From: an uncultured Verrucomicrobiae bacterium
GTDB lineage: Bacteria; Verrucomicrobiota; Verrucomicrobiia; Limisphaerales; JAFGQR01
Length of the DNA: 64,000 nucleotides
Direction of reading: 5' to 3'
Assembly (NCBI GenBank): GCA_963788655.1
Contig: CAWBHS010000050.1
Coordinates: 1 to 64,000 of the forward strand
Under the pieces are notes generated by a model. It did no database searches, was not told the origin of the DNA, and worked only from the letters and a program-made list of their open reading frames with translations. Position 1 is the first letter of the stretch. Each line of letters opens with the position of its first letter. Of the stretch, positions 55,745 through 64,000 are shown piece by piece. The translations under genes and the position numbers were made by a program.

Positions 55745-55838
55745 CTAACGGTCAGGTCACCGACGGCGGCCCCTCCGTGACTCCCGAGTTGCCCGGCGGC
55801 CTTACGGGGCCGCCATTCGGTGAACTGGCTGGTTCGGT
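55745..55838 (-). repeat. attC site interrupted by the intron
   Basis: R'' ACCGAAC; arms TCACCGAATGGCGGCCCC/GGGGCCGCCGTCGGTGA; R' GTTAG|GC. Confidence 0.85.
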
Positions 55839-56120
55839 GATGATCCTCAATTTCCAGAAGCGGTAACTAGCTCCGAGGGCAAAACCAACCGTCGCCAACG
55901 CCAGGAAAAACAGGCCGAGGCTCTCAATGGCATTCTCGCGCGTATTCAATCCAAATATCTCCGCAAATCTCTGGACCGTATCGCCAACGAGACAGATCGG
56001 AAAACCAACCAGCATAGCAATGATCGCGATGGTCAAGCCGGACCAGACAGCCGAACCAAGCAACGCACTGGTGTGGGGTGTTGTCATAAGTGACGCATCA
56101 CGCCAAACGATAGAACTCAC
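55752..56120 (-). CDS. cassette gene, small membrane protein
   Basis: GTG start overlapping the upstream core site; 2 TM segments; reads into attC. Confidence 0.6.
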   Translation of the reverse strand: MSSIVWRDASLMTTPHTSALLGSAVWSGLTIAIIAMLVGFPICLVGDTVQRFAEIFGLNTRENAIESLGLFFLALATVGFALGASYRFWKLRIITEPASSPNGGPVRPPGNSGVTEGPPSVT

Positions 56121-56227
56121 CGAATGCCGCCGGGAACAGGCGCTGGCAGCGAGTCCAACATCCGAAGAATTCTGCGCCGCGAAACTGCAGCGCGTGGCCG
56201 CAGTTCAGGGCAGAGATCTGGTTCAGC
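56119..56227 (-). repeat. attC site (degenerate)
   Basis: R'' GCTGAAC 4 nt after the stop codon; R' ATTCGGT matches the complement of the next cassette's R'' ACCGAAC apart from the first base. Confidence 0.6.
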
Positions 56228-56231
56228 GTTT

Positions 56232-56689
56232 TCATGTCTGTGGTGGACGCACAAATAAGCTGCCGAAGGCCAAAGCGACCGACAAGCTGTTGGCGGCACA
56301 AAGCCACCAGAACACTCGCCTACCGATCTTCTGTCGAAATGCGTATCGCAGCACAAGCCACTCCAGAATGCCGTTAATAAAAACTGCAAACAGGCAAGTC
56401 GCTGTCCAAGTGCCGGGATTGAAAGTCCCGATGTCAAAAATCTTATAGAGGATGAGGCCAGGGAAATACTCCCACGCGATGCCGACAACTGGAATGAGGA
56501 TGGCGCCAGCAATGCCGATGCGGCATTCATGCTCAAGTCGGCAACGACACACATGCGCAAACTCAATGTGGTCAACCAGCGCACAAAGAAAAACTCCACG
56601 ACAAGGCCCAACCCGATGGCCCACCAAGAGAATAACCGCTGTTCCAGAAACAGCGCGGGCCAGACGACATCAGCGAAAATGGATGTCAT
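56232..56689 (-). CDS. cassette gene, membrane protein (frameshift ~56505)
   Basis: ADVVWPALFL...MNAASALL / GAILIPVVG...AANSLSV; about 5 TM segments. Confidence 0.65.
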
Positions 56690-56736
56690 GTGTGCAAGCG
56701 GTCAATGCGCCGAATGCTGTTTCGACGTACCAAGGG

Positions 56737-56790
56737 GTTGAACAACAGAATTAGGCAGAAAAAGCGCTGGCCTTATTTCGTTGGGCAGAA
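56737..56790 (-). other. attI-like site at array head
   Basis: CCTAATT-CTGTT-GTTCAAC (L box, 5 nt, GTT core) plus direct repeat TTCTGCCYAA, in AT-rich non-coding DNA. Confidence 0.4.
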
Positions 56791-56895
56791 TTTCCAATTC
56801 CATCACGTATGAATTCAAGATCACGCTCTTAGAAAGTCAATCCCTGTTTCCCACCGCGATCCAGGCATCCAGGCGAAAGTTTCCGCAGGCTTACC

Positions 56896-57240
56896 CTACC
56901 AGTGGTGTCTCTTTACGTTTCCAGTCACGTCATCCACATGGATAAAAAGAGTGCCATCAGGCGTGGGTGGGATCACTTCGAAAACAACCATCCACTCTCG
57001 AGTGGGTAATCCTCGAAATTCGTAAACTGCCTCACACTCCGAGAAACGCTTTAGTTTGTATCCTTTGCTGGTAAGCCAATCCCTCGCAATCTGGCGCACC
57101 TCGGTTTCACTCAGACGCTGCTTCCAGTCCGCCAACACAGGAGACGAACGTGGTGGGGGAGGCTGATAGACAGCACGGTGGCGCAAACAGCCAGCAGCCA
57201 ATACCAAAACCATCAGACTGCTTTTGGCGAAGATCCTCAC
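56896..57240 (-). CDS. small lipoprotein, hypothetical
   Basis: VRIFAKSSLMVLVLAAGC lipobox; start overlaps the upstream stop codon. Confidence 0.6.
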   Translation of the reverse strand: MRIFAKSSLMVLVLAAGCLRHRAVYQPPPPRSSPVLADWKQRLSETEVRQIARDWLTSKGYKLKRFSECEAVYEFRGLPTREWMVVFEVIPPTPDGTLFIHVDDVTGNVKRHHW

Positions 57241-58412
57241 GGAACGATCTTCAGTTGCTGCAACAATTCCATGAGGCAATCGCGCATCGCAGCCTCGTAA
57301 TCCTTGGCGGCGGTAATTCGCAGCAGTTCCAGGTTGGGTTTGGCGGGAGAATGGTTGATGCGCGTCTTGCCCATATCATCGACTGCGACGCCGGCTGGCA
57401 CAAACGTGAACACCGGCGTTGGTTGACAGTCTGCCGGTAGCTTGGCTGCTGAATGCCAGCCATCTTGCCGCCGGTAAATGCTCCGGCCGGCGGCGTGCAG
57501 CAGGCTGGCGGTACACCACATATTGCGGTCCATTTTCCAGACGAGCTGCCGCCAGGGACGCAGGTTCTGTCGCATGGCTTGCAGCGGATTCAGTTCGTCG
57601 GGACGCACGGTTTGCAGCGCATAGATGAAGAAGTTCTGCAAGGCCGGCGGGGCGGTTTCGAGCACGTCGGCCTGATGGAATTTCCAATAGCTGCTGTACA
57701 CGGTATTGGATGCCCCCCGTTGGATGGGAAAGCATGGGCACCAATAGATCGGCAGCCCGGAGCGCATCAGCCCCACATACGCGTGCGGATCAAGCTGCAC
57801 GTTCCATTCCGTGCCGCCGGCATCGGCGTTGCCCATGTTGAGATACATCCGACCTACCCCGCGGCGGAGCAACTCGGGCTCGCGATTGTAGGCCGCGCAA
57901 AGGTCGCGGGCGCTCCCGGTGGCAATGATCGTGACCGGTTCGCGCGAAGTGCGCAGGACGGTCAGCAACAATTCGACCGCCGCCTGGAATTGCGCCGGCC
58001 GGCGGCGTCCGTCGTCTTGCGGGGAAGCGAGTTTCTGGTCCAAGCCGATGGCGTACGGCACCGACCGCCCGGTCAGTTGTTCCATTTGCTGGACGGGCAC
58101 ACGCCCCGGCATTTGCAATTGCTTCTCACCCTGGTCCAGCAGGATGGCTTTCACGTCCAATTCCGGGAGGGCAAAGAGCGTGGCCAGATCGAAATGGTCG
58201 TCCGGATCAACGTGCGGATGAAACAGGTCGGTGGAATAGATAACCGGCACGCGCGGATCGGGCGAACTGGCTGCTTCAGCCGCGCTGGCCGGGAGCAGGG
58301 ACATGACCAGCAGCGGGCAAAACAAAATTTTGAAAGTCCGGGATGAATAGTAACTTACCCAAGGCCAGCGGCCGACCGCGCTCCGCCAGAATCGATGGTT
58401 CAAAATGTGCAT
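57237..58412 (-). CDS. nucleoside hydrolase-like protein
   Basis: VIYSTDLFHPHVDPDDHFDL, EWNVQLDP; start may be downstream. Confidence 0.75.
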   Translation of the reverse strand: MHILNHRFWRSAVGRWPWVSYYSSRTFKILFCPLLVMSLLPASAAEAASSPDPRVPVIYSTDLFHPHVDPDDHFDLATLFALPELDVKAILLDQGEKQLQMPGRVPVQQMEQLTGRSVPYAIGLDQKLASPQDDGRRRPAQFQAAVELLLTVLRTSREPVTIIATGSARDLCAAYNREPELLRRGVGRMYLNMGNADAGGTEWNVQLDPHAYVGLMRSGLPIYWCPCFPIQRGASNTVYSSYWKFHQADVLETAPPALQNFFIYALQTVRPDELNPLQAMRQNLRPWRQLVWKMDRNMWCTASLLHAAGRSIYRRQDGWHSAAKLPADCQPTPVFTFVPAGVAVDDMGKTRINHSPAKPNLELLRITAAKDYEAAMRDCLMELLQQLKIVP

Positions 58413-58491
58413 GATTAAAAAGTGTGATCGGGCCTGATTATTCTATCCAACCACGATTGGTTCCGGCGCGATGAAGCCCCTTCCAGAACCT

Positions 58492-58662
58492 GGTAGGGCG
58501 AGACTCCGTCGAGCCGTGATTTCCCAGAGCGTGTCCGCCCAATCAATTACCGCGCAGAGGAAGATCATTGATATTCGAACACCGAAGGCTTCCCGCGTTG
58601 ACATTGTCGGGCAGGTGGAAACGACGCGGAAAAACTTGGGCTCGACTGAGTCTCGTCCTACC
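58492..58662. repeat. GTAG REP inverted pair
   Basis: GGTAGGGCGAGACTCCGTCGAGCC ... GGGCTCGACTGAGTCTCGTCCTACC. Confidence 0.85.
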
Positions 58663-58736
58663 GCATCGGTCGTTCGAGTGAATTCATGTCCGTTCGTGGT
58701 TTTCAACGGTGTTAACACTAGTTTGGTTTGGCTTGC

Positions 58737-60053
58737 CTAACGAACCATCAGTTCGAACTGGTTCGCCTGGCCGCGTTGCCAATGGACGTCTTGGGAAACG
58801 CGGCGGCCATCGGGCAGTCGGGCTGTGATACGGTGTGTTCCGTAGAACGCGCGCACGGCAACCTCGCCCTTTTCGTTGGTGCGGCTTTCGTGCTGGGTCC
58901 ACCACTTGCCTTTGATCAGTTCCATCAACCGGTCGTAAACCGGCTTGGGTGACATGTCTTTGCGCACCCAGCCGGCGGCGGCTCCTTGCCACGCGCCATT
59001 ATCGGAAAAGTCCCACCAGGTAATCGCCTCGACGCTGGGATGCGCAAAGAGCGTGGTGTAAAATCGGGGAACGTAATCCGCCTGTTTGGCTTCCAACTCC
59101 GGGGTCGTGGGTCCCCAATTCTCGCCGGGACCGGTGCGCGGACCGCTGACGATGGTGGTTTCAGTGAAATGAATCGGCACGCCCAGTTTGCGATAAGTGT
59201 CGCAGACCTCCCATACGCGCCGCAACGGCCAGCCGCCACCATGCATGTGGCTTTGGATGCCGATGGTGTCGAACAACAACTTCCCGCCTTCGCGCAGGCC
59301 GTCGAGGATCTTGTAATACGGTGGATCGGTGCGGTAGTCGTTGACGAGCAACGTGGCTTGCGGATTGGCCGCCCGGGCGATCTTCAAATGCTCCGTTACG
59401 TACGGCACCGCTCCCAGGGACATCGCCCATTCGCCCAGGCGCGTCTTGAAACGGCCCAGGTGCGTGGGCTCGTTCACCACGTCCCACATATCGATCCGGC
59501 TTTGGTACCGCGAGACAATGTCGCGCACGCGAGCATGGGACAGCTCGCTGATTTCAGCAAAGTCCTGCGGCAACCACTTGGGATCGGCGTAATCCCAAAC
59601 CAGCGGGTGACCTTTGCAAGTGATGCCGTGCTGCCGGGACCAGGCGGCCACCGCGTCCGTGTACTCGTAAATGGGCTTGCCGCGCTGCGGTTCGTAATAG
59701 GGCCAGTAAAAACCGAGCGTCGCATAATTGAGCAGCGCCGCGAACCGGTCGCGATAGTCCGTTTCAAGCTGTGGATTTCGGAGTCGTCCAAAGCGAAAAA
59801 AGTTGCAACCAAACAGAAAGTCATGGTGCAACTGCTCCACCTTGACGGTAGCGCCGGGAACTGGTTTGCCATCTGTCTCCAGCACGCGGACAACGCCGTC
59901 GCCCTGGCGGTGTTTCGCAATGCGCTCGGGACAGCGCTCCAATATTTCGTCGTCAGTTGCTTGGGCTGCTTGGGCATTCGCTCGCCAAGCCGGCGGGCAG
60001 GCCAGCAACGCGGTAGTGCCGGCCGTCGTTTTCAGGAAGGATCGTCGATTCAT
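58737..60053 (-). CDS. Tat-exported GH10 endo-1,4-beta-xylanase-like protein
   Basis: MNRRSFLK; KGHPLVW, WDVVNEP, IGIQSH, IHFTE. Confidence 0.9.
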   Translation of the reverse strand: MNRRSFLKTTAGTTALLACPPAWRANAQAAQATDDEILERCPERIAKHRQGDGVVRVLETDGKPVPGATVKVEQLHHDFLFGCNFFRFGRLRNPQLETDYRDRFAALLNYATLGFYWPYYEPQRGKPIYEYTDAVAAWSRQHGITCKGHPLVWDYADPKWLPQDFAEISELSHARVRDIVSRYQSRIDMWDVVNEPTHLGRFKTRLGEWAMSLGAVPYVTEHLKIARAANPQATLLVNDYRTDPPYYKILDGLREGGKLLFDTIGIQSHMHGGGWPLRRVWEVCDTYRKLGVPIHFTETTIVSGPRTGPGENWGPTTPELEAKQADYVPRFYTTLFAHPSVEAITWWDFSDNGAWQGAAAGWVRKDMSPKPVYDRLMELIKGKWWTQHESRTNEKGEVAVRAFYGTHRITARLPDGRRVSQDVHWQRGQANQFELMVR

Positions 60054-60864
60054 AACTTTGCTTGGTTCAACCACTGGATCGCCAGCAGCGTCGCTGCGCG
60101 GCCGGTGTTTTATGAGCCTATTGGCCGCAGCCTACGACGAAAAGAATCAAAATCGTCCACCCCCGGTGAAGTGGCTTCAATGTCGTGACTTGTAAAGTGC
60201 CCTTACTCGGCACATCATAAACAGGCGCTTCCAAATCAATCTTGGTCCCATTTTTCGGATCCTCGATGATTTGTATCAGACCTCGAAATCCCTGCGGAAT
60301 TGTCACGTAGGCATCAGGACCAGTCCGCTCGACGCAGGAAACTGCAAGCATGCCCGCGCGCGTCCGGGAGGCACCCACGAGGGAAGAAACGCGGGCCTTG
60401 CTGGTAAGCGGTACCGGACCTGTATGGGTAAGGTTGCTGCGTGGCGATAGCAACCGCGCGCACGGCGCAGTCCCCCGCATTGGCCTTGGTAGTCGGCGAC
60501 TGGTCTGCCGCCGTCATCGCCCCGATCATCGGCTCCAACCGCTGGCGTCCCATTCGCCCCTTTCGTCCCGGTGATGCCCTTGACGTTCCCCTTTCCATGA
60601 TGGCTGCCACACACCTGCTCATGAAGACGTTGGTCCTGGGTGCCCTCCAATAGGCTCAAACCAGCGGGCGTTCCATCCAGAAGATCATCGAAGACCTTTG
60701 CGCTGCCCGCTTCCAAGCCGAGTTCAGCGAAGGCGTTACCGTCATCTCCACCTCCGAGACCGGCGGCGGCGTCACGTTTAACGTCCCCGCCAACGGAATC
60801 GCCAAAGCGGCGGATCAGGAGTGGAAATCAGAGCCGACTCACATCGGCCGCTACAATCGCCCGG

Positions 60865-62283
60865 TCACGTTCGCAGTTGGAGGGCGCGGGCGCGGAAGAG
60901 GAAATCAACGATGTTGCCTTCGTGCGGTTGGAGCCAATCCAGTTTGGTGGTGGGAATGGCGCCCAAATTCAGCCGGTCAATGTTGGTGGCATCCACCAAT
61001 TGCCGTTGCCAGGCCAGGTCATGCGTGATGGCGCTGGCGATCAGGGTCGGCCCGATTTGGCTGAGCATTTCCTTTTGCGGACACTGCACCACGGTGACGA
61101 AGGGAAACATGTATTCCACGTTGGCAAGGGCTGAATTCGGCGAATCGCAATGGATCACCCAGGGCCGGAGCCAGGCGCAGCGTTCCCGCTCGACCAGGCG
61201 GGGACCAAATTTCGCCGTCATGTCTGCCACGCCGCCTTCCTTTAGTTTTTCCTGGATGGACGCATGAATCGCTTGCGCCTGGCCGGGCACCGTAAACGCC
61301 GCGAGCCCAGCCTTCGGATCCTCGGGCGGTTTGACGTCCACCGGACCGAGACGTTCGGCCAACGCCTGGGCGATTTCCTGCGTGTGCCGCGGCGCCCAGA
61401 TGCTCGAGCAGTTGATGCAACTGCGGCCCCCGTTCAAGAACACGCTGTCCACCATCAGATCGAGGTATTCTTCCCATTGGTCCACCACGTCGTCGCCCAG
61501 GAGGATTTTGCTGAAGCCCGGCCCGTGGACCTGCACGCGCGTATCGTCCGCGTATCGTTGAACGGTATCGGCGCCACCAAAAACCATGGACCGCCCGCAG
61601 CGATTGACCACTTCCGCCCCAACGTCGTGGGCGCCGGGGTAAAGGCCAATGGCTTCCCGCGGAACACCCGCTTGCAGGAACGCCGTGGCGAGGCGGTAGG
61701 GAGTCCAAAACTCCTGGGAACCGGGTTTCATCACGAGGCCGATCTGCATCGGAATGGCGGGAAGCCAAAGCGTGTGGACGCCTGGCGAATTGGACGGCAG
61801 CACCAATCCCAGGACCGGCGATTGCGCCTGGTAACTCACGATGACGCCGCGCGACTCGATCCCGTATCCCCGCGTGAGAATATCGAGGTCCAATCCGCGC
61901 GTTAGACAATCGATGATGCGGTCCATCTGCGACAGCACGAAATGGTTCTTGGCCATGTTGGCCCGGCACAGATGCTCCGGCAGTCCCGTGGAGCCGGATT
62001 GCTGCCGCACGAAATCTTCGGGCGACTGTTCGCCATCGCCCATCGGCAGCGTGGATTTCTGATAAAGGTCAGCGGCCTTTTGAGCCATCGTCACCAGTTC
62101 GCGCGCGGGAATTTCCCGCAACACGTCGCGGGCGCGCTGGGCATGGCGCAGATCTTTGGCCACCAATCCGGCGTTAGCCTGGCTGACCTTGGCCAGCGAT
62201 TCGCCAGACAGGAAGTGCGTCACCTCGGCAACGTCCAGGCTTTCGTACGGTTGGCCCCAGCGTAAGACAGGAATGTGTATCAT
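60865..62283 (-). CDS. aldehyde dehydrogenase family protein
   Basis: LPSNSPG, MKPG, HGPGFSK, NGGRSCINCS, EYMFPF. Confidence 0.85.
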   Translation of the reverse strand: MIHIPVLRWGQPYESLDVAEVTHFLSGESLAKVSQANAGLVAKDLRHAQRARDVLREIPARELVTMAQKAADLYQKSTLPMGDGEQSPEDFVRQQSGSTGLPEHLCRANMAKNHFVLSQMDRIIDCLTRGLDLDILTRGYGIESRGVIVSYQAQSPVLGLVLPSNSPGVHTLWLPAIPMQIGLVMKPGSQEFWTPYRLATAFLQAGVPREAIGLYPGAHDVGAEVVNRCGRSMVFGGADTVQRYADDTRVQVHGPGFSKILLGDDVVDQWEEYLDLMVDSVFLNGGRSCINCSSIWAPRHTQEIAQALAERLGPVDVKPPEDPKAGLAAFTVPGQAQAIHASIQEKLKEGGVADMTAKFGPRLVERERCAWLRPWVIHCDSPNSALANVEYMFPFVTVVQCPQKEMLSQIGPTLIASAITHDLAWQRQLVDATNIDRLNLGAIPTTKLDWLQPHEGNIVDFLFRARALQLRT

Positions 62284-62289
62284 GGTTCG

Positions 62290-63654
62290 TCAGGCGGTGC
62301 GCAATCCCGGCAATGACCACGGCTGGCGATATTCCACCGTCACCAACCGGTCTGATTTTTCGTCGCCAATGATGTGCTCGTTCTGGGCGTCCCAGGTGAT
62401 CTTGCTGCCGGTGCGATAGGCAATGTTGCCGAGGTGGGCCACGGTGGAAACGAAATGGGCGAACTCGAGGTTCTCCGCCGGTTGCTGGCGAGACTTCACG
62501 CAATCCAGAAAGTTGCGCACGTGCGCCGGACGCGGATCGCCGCTGCCGGGAAACTTTTTTGGTTCCAACGCGGCCTTGCGGCGTTCGCCGACAATTTCCC
62601 AGCCGCTGTCGGTAAGGAACAGCGTTCCCAACGTGCCGGTAAAGGAAATGCCCCAAGGCCGGCCGTTCAGCCCGATGCCGATGCCGTTCTTGTGTTCCCA
62701 AATCAGTTCGTAAGTCGGGAATTCATAAACGGTGGTTTGCGAATCGGGAGTTTGCCAGGCGTTCTCGGGATCGTAATTGCCGCCACTCGAAAACACCGTC
62801 CGCGGCGGGGTGGGCCCCATCGCCCACAGCATGATGTTGATCAAATGGACGCCCCAATCGGTCATCAGGCCGCCGGCATAATCCCAGAACCAGCGAAAGT
62901 TGAAATGGAAGCGGTTCGGATTGAACGGCCGTTTTGGGGCCGGGCCGAGCCACATATCGTAATCTACGCCCGCGGGCGGGTCGGTGTCTTCGGCTTTGGG
63001 CATTGGCGTGATCCAATCGTGAAAGGCCCAACCGCGCACCAAGCTCACTTGGCCCAGCTTGCCGGATTGCACGAACTCGACGGCGCCCTTCCAATGCTGG
63101 CCACTGCGCCATTGGGTGCCCATTTGGACGATGCGATTATGTTGCTTGGCGGCTTCGAGCATGGCGCGGCCCTCGGCAATGCTGGTCGCCAGCGGTTTCT
63201 CGACATACACGTCCTTGTGCGCCTGGCAGGCGAAGACGGTCGGCATGGCATGCCAGTGGTCGGGCGTGGCGACGAGCACCACGTCCACGTCTTTGCGTTC
63301 GATGACGCGTCGAAAATCTTTGACCGTGTCCGGCTGGTGGCCGCGTTGTTTCTCGACCAACTCCGCGACCTGCGCCAGATGCGCGTCGTCCACGTCGCAA
63401 ATCACCGGGCAATCCACTTCATCATTCAAGAAGAACGTGGCCAGGTCGCCGCGTCCCATGCCACCACAGCCAATGAGACCCAGACGGACTTTGGTATTGG
63501 GCCGGACGGCGGCGCGGGCAGTGCCTTGAGACGTTAAAATCAGACCGCCGAACGCCGGCACCGCCGCGGTGGCCAGCGTGGAGGTTTGGAGAAATTGCCG
63601 GCGCGAAACCGGCGGCGGTTTCGACGTTCGCACTCTGGATGAATTGGCGATCAT
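62290..63654 (-). CDS. Tat-exported Gfo/Idh/MocA oxidoreductase
   Basis: SRRQFL; LIGCGGMG, ATPDHWH, YVEKP, DWGVH. Confidence 0.92.
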   Translation of the reverse strand: MIANSSRVRTSKPPPVSRRQFLQTSTLATAAVPAFGGLILTSQGTARAAVRPNTKVRLGLIGCGGMGRGDLATFFLNDEVDCPVICDVDDAHLAQVAELVEKQRGHQPDTVKDFRRVIERKDVDVVLVATPDHWHAMPTVFACQAHKDVYVEKPLATSIAEGRAMLEAAKQHNRIVQMGTQWRSGQHWKGAVEFVQSGKLGQVSLVRGWAFHDWITPMPKAEDTDPPAGVDYDMWLGPAPKRPFNPNRFHFNFRWFWDYAGGLMTDWGVHLINIMLWAMGPTPPRTVFSSGGNYDPENAWQTPDSQTTVYEFPTYELIWEHKNGIGIGLNGRPWGISFTGTLGTLFLTDSGWEIVGERRKAALEPKKFPGSGDPRPAHVRNFLDCVKSRQQPAENLEFAHFVSTVAHLGNIAYRTGSKITWDAQNEHIIGDEKSDRLVTVEYRQPWSLPGLRTA

Positions 63655-63794
63655 GCGAGCGTAATGCAGCAAGGCCCGGCAGCGTCAAGGGCAAAGAACC
63701 ACGGTGAAGGGGGGTGAAGATTTTGAAAGGTGTAGCGGAGTTTCGGTAGAGCGCCGCCATCGCCTGGCGCTGAACGGGAGCAGCGTCATGAAGT

Positions 63795-63862
63795 GCGGCA
63801 GTCCTCTGCCGCTTTCGGAAGGCAAGAGCACGTTCGACAGCGGCAAAGGACTGCCGCCGTCC
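63795..63862. repeat. palindromic intergenic repeat pair
   Basis: GCGGCAGTCCTCTGCCGCT ... AGCGGCAAAGGACTGCCGC. Confidence 0.65.
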
Positions 63863-64000
63863 AAAACCTGGCGGACGATCACTCCCCCGTCATTTGTATC
63901 GTTGACTTCGCCGACACTGGGCGGCTAACAAAACAGCGATGCACTTACGTTCTCTTTGGCTCGTGTTGATGCTCCTGGCAACTTCTTCGCTGACGGCGGC

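Noticed and set aside
2798..56689. Widespread pseudogenisation or programmed frameshifting
   Set aside because: Scattered single-base indels in otherwise conserved genes are most simply long-read errors; this cannot be settled without reads.
56790..56895. Integron integrase next to the attI-like site
   Set aside because: No tyrosine recombinase ORF or motifs here or elsewhere in the window.
60118..60720. Short ORFs between GH10 and aldehyde dehydrogenase
   Set aside because: Fragmentary, with no confident family or frame.

Overview
GC-rich bacterial DNA, probably Verrucomicrobiota (inferred from a VPDSG-CTERM-type sorting signal and the gene repertoire). Many otherwise conserved genes carry 1-nt frameshifts that look like long-read indel errors, so several CDS calls join ORF pieces. 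Layout: (1) 1-13.3 kb is an accessory zone with an IS701 end, PEP-CTERM and VPDSG-CTERM proteins, a RAYT-type HUH transposase with several non-coding copies of its own 5' end, GTAG-type REP repeats, toxin-antitoxin genes and remnants, Fic, AAA_14/DUF4143 and a duplicated aspartic protease. (2) 13.8-28 kb holds secreted glycan-active proteins, two of them apparent multidomain fusions. (3) 28.6-49 kb has mpl, a YccA-family gene, asnS, a sulfatase, CE15, GH29 and others. (4) 49-56.8 kb is a minus-strand integron cassette array (attC sites, an attI-like remnant, no integrase in the window). It contains a group II intron inserted sense-wise inside an attC core site, with an EBS1 loop exactly complementary to that core. 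(5) 57-64 kb has a nucleoside hydrolase, GH10, an aldehyde dehydrogenase and a Gfo/Idh/MocA oxidoreductase. No rRNA, tRNA or CRISPR array was recognised. All family calls come from motif recognition by eye, not database searches.
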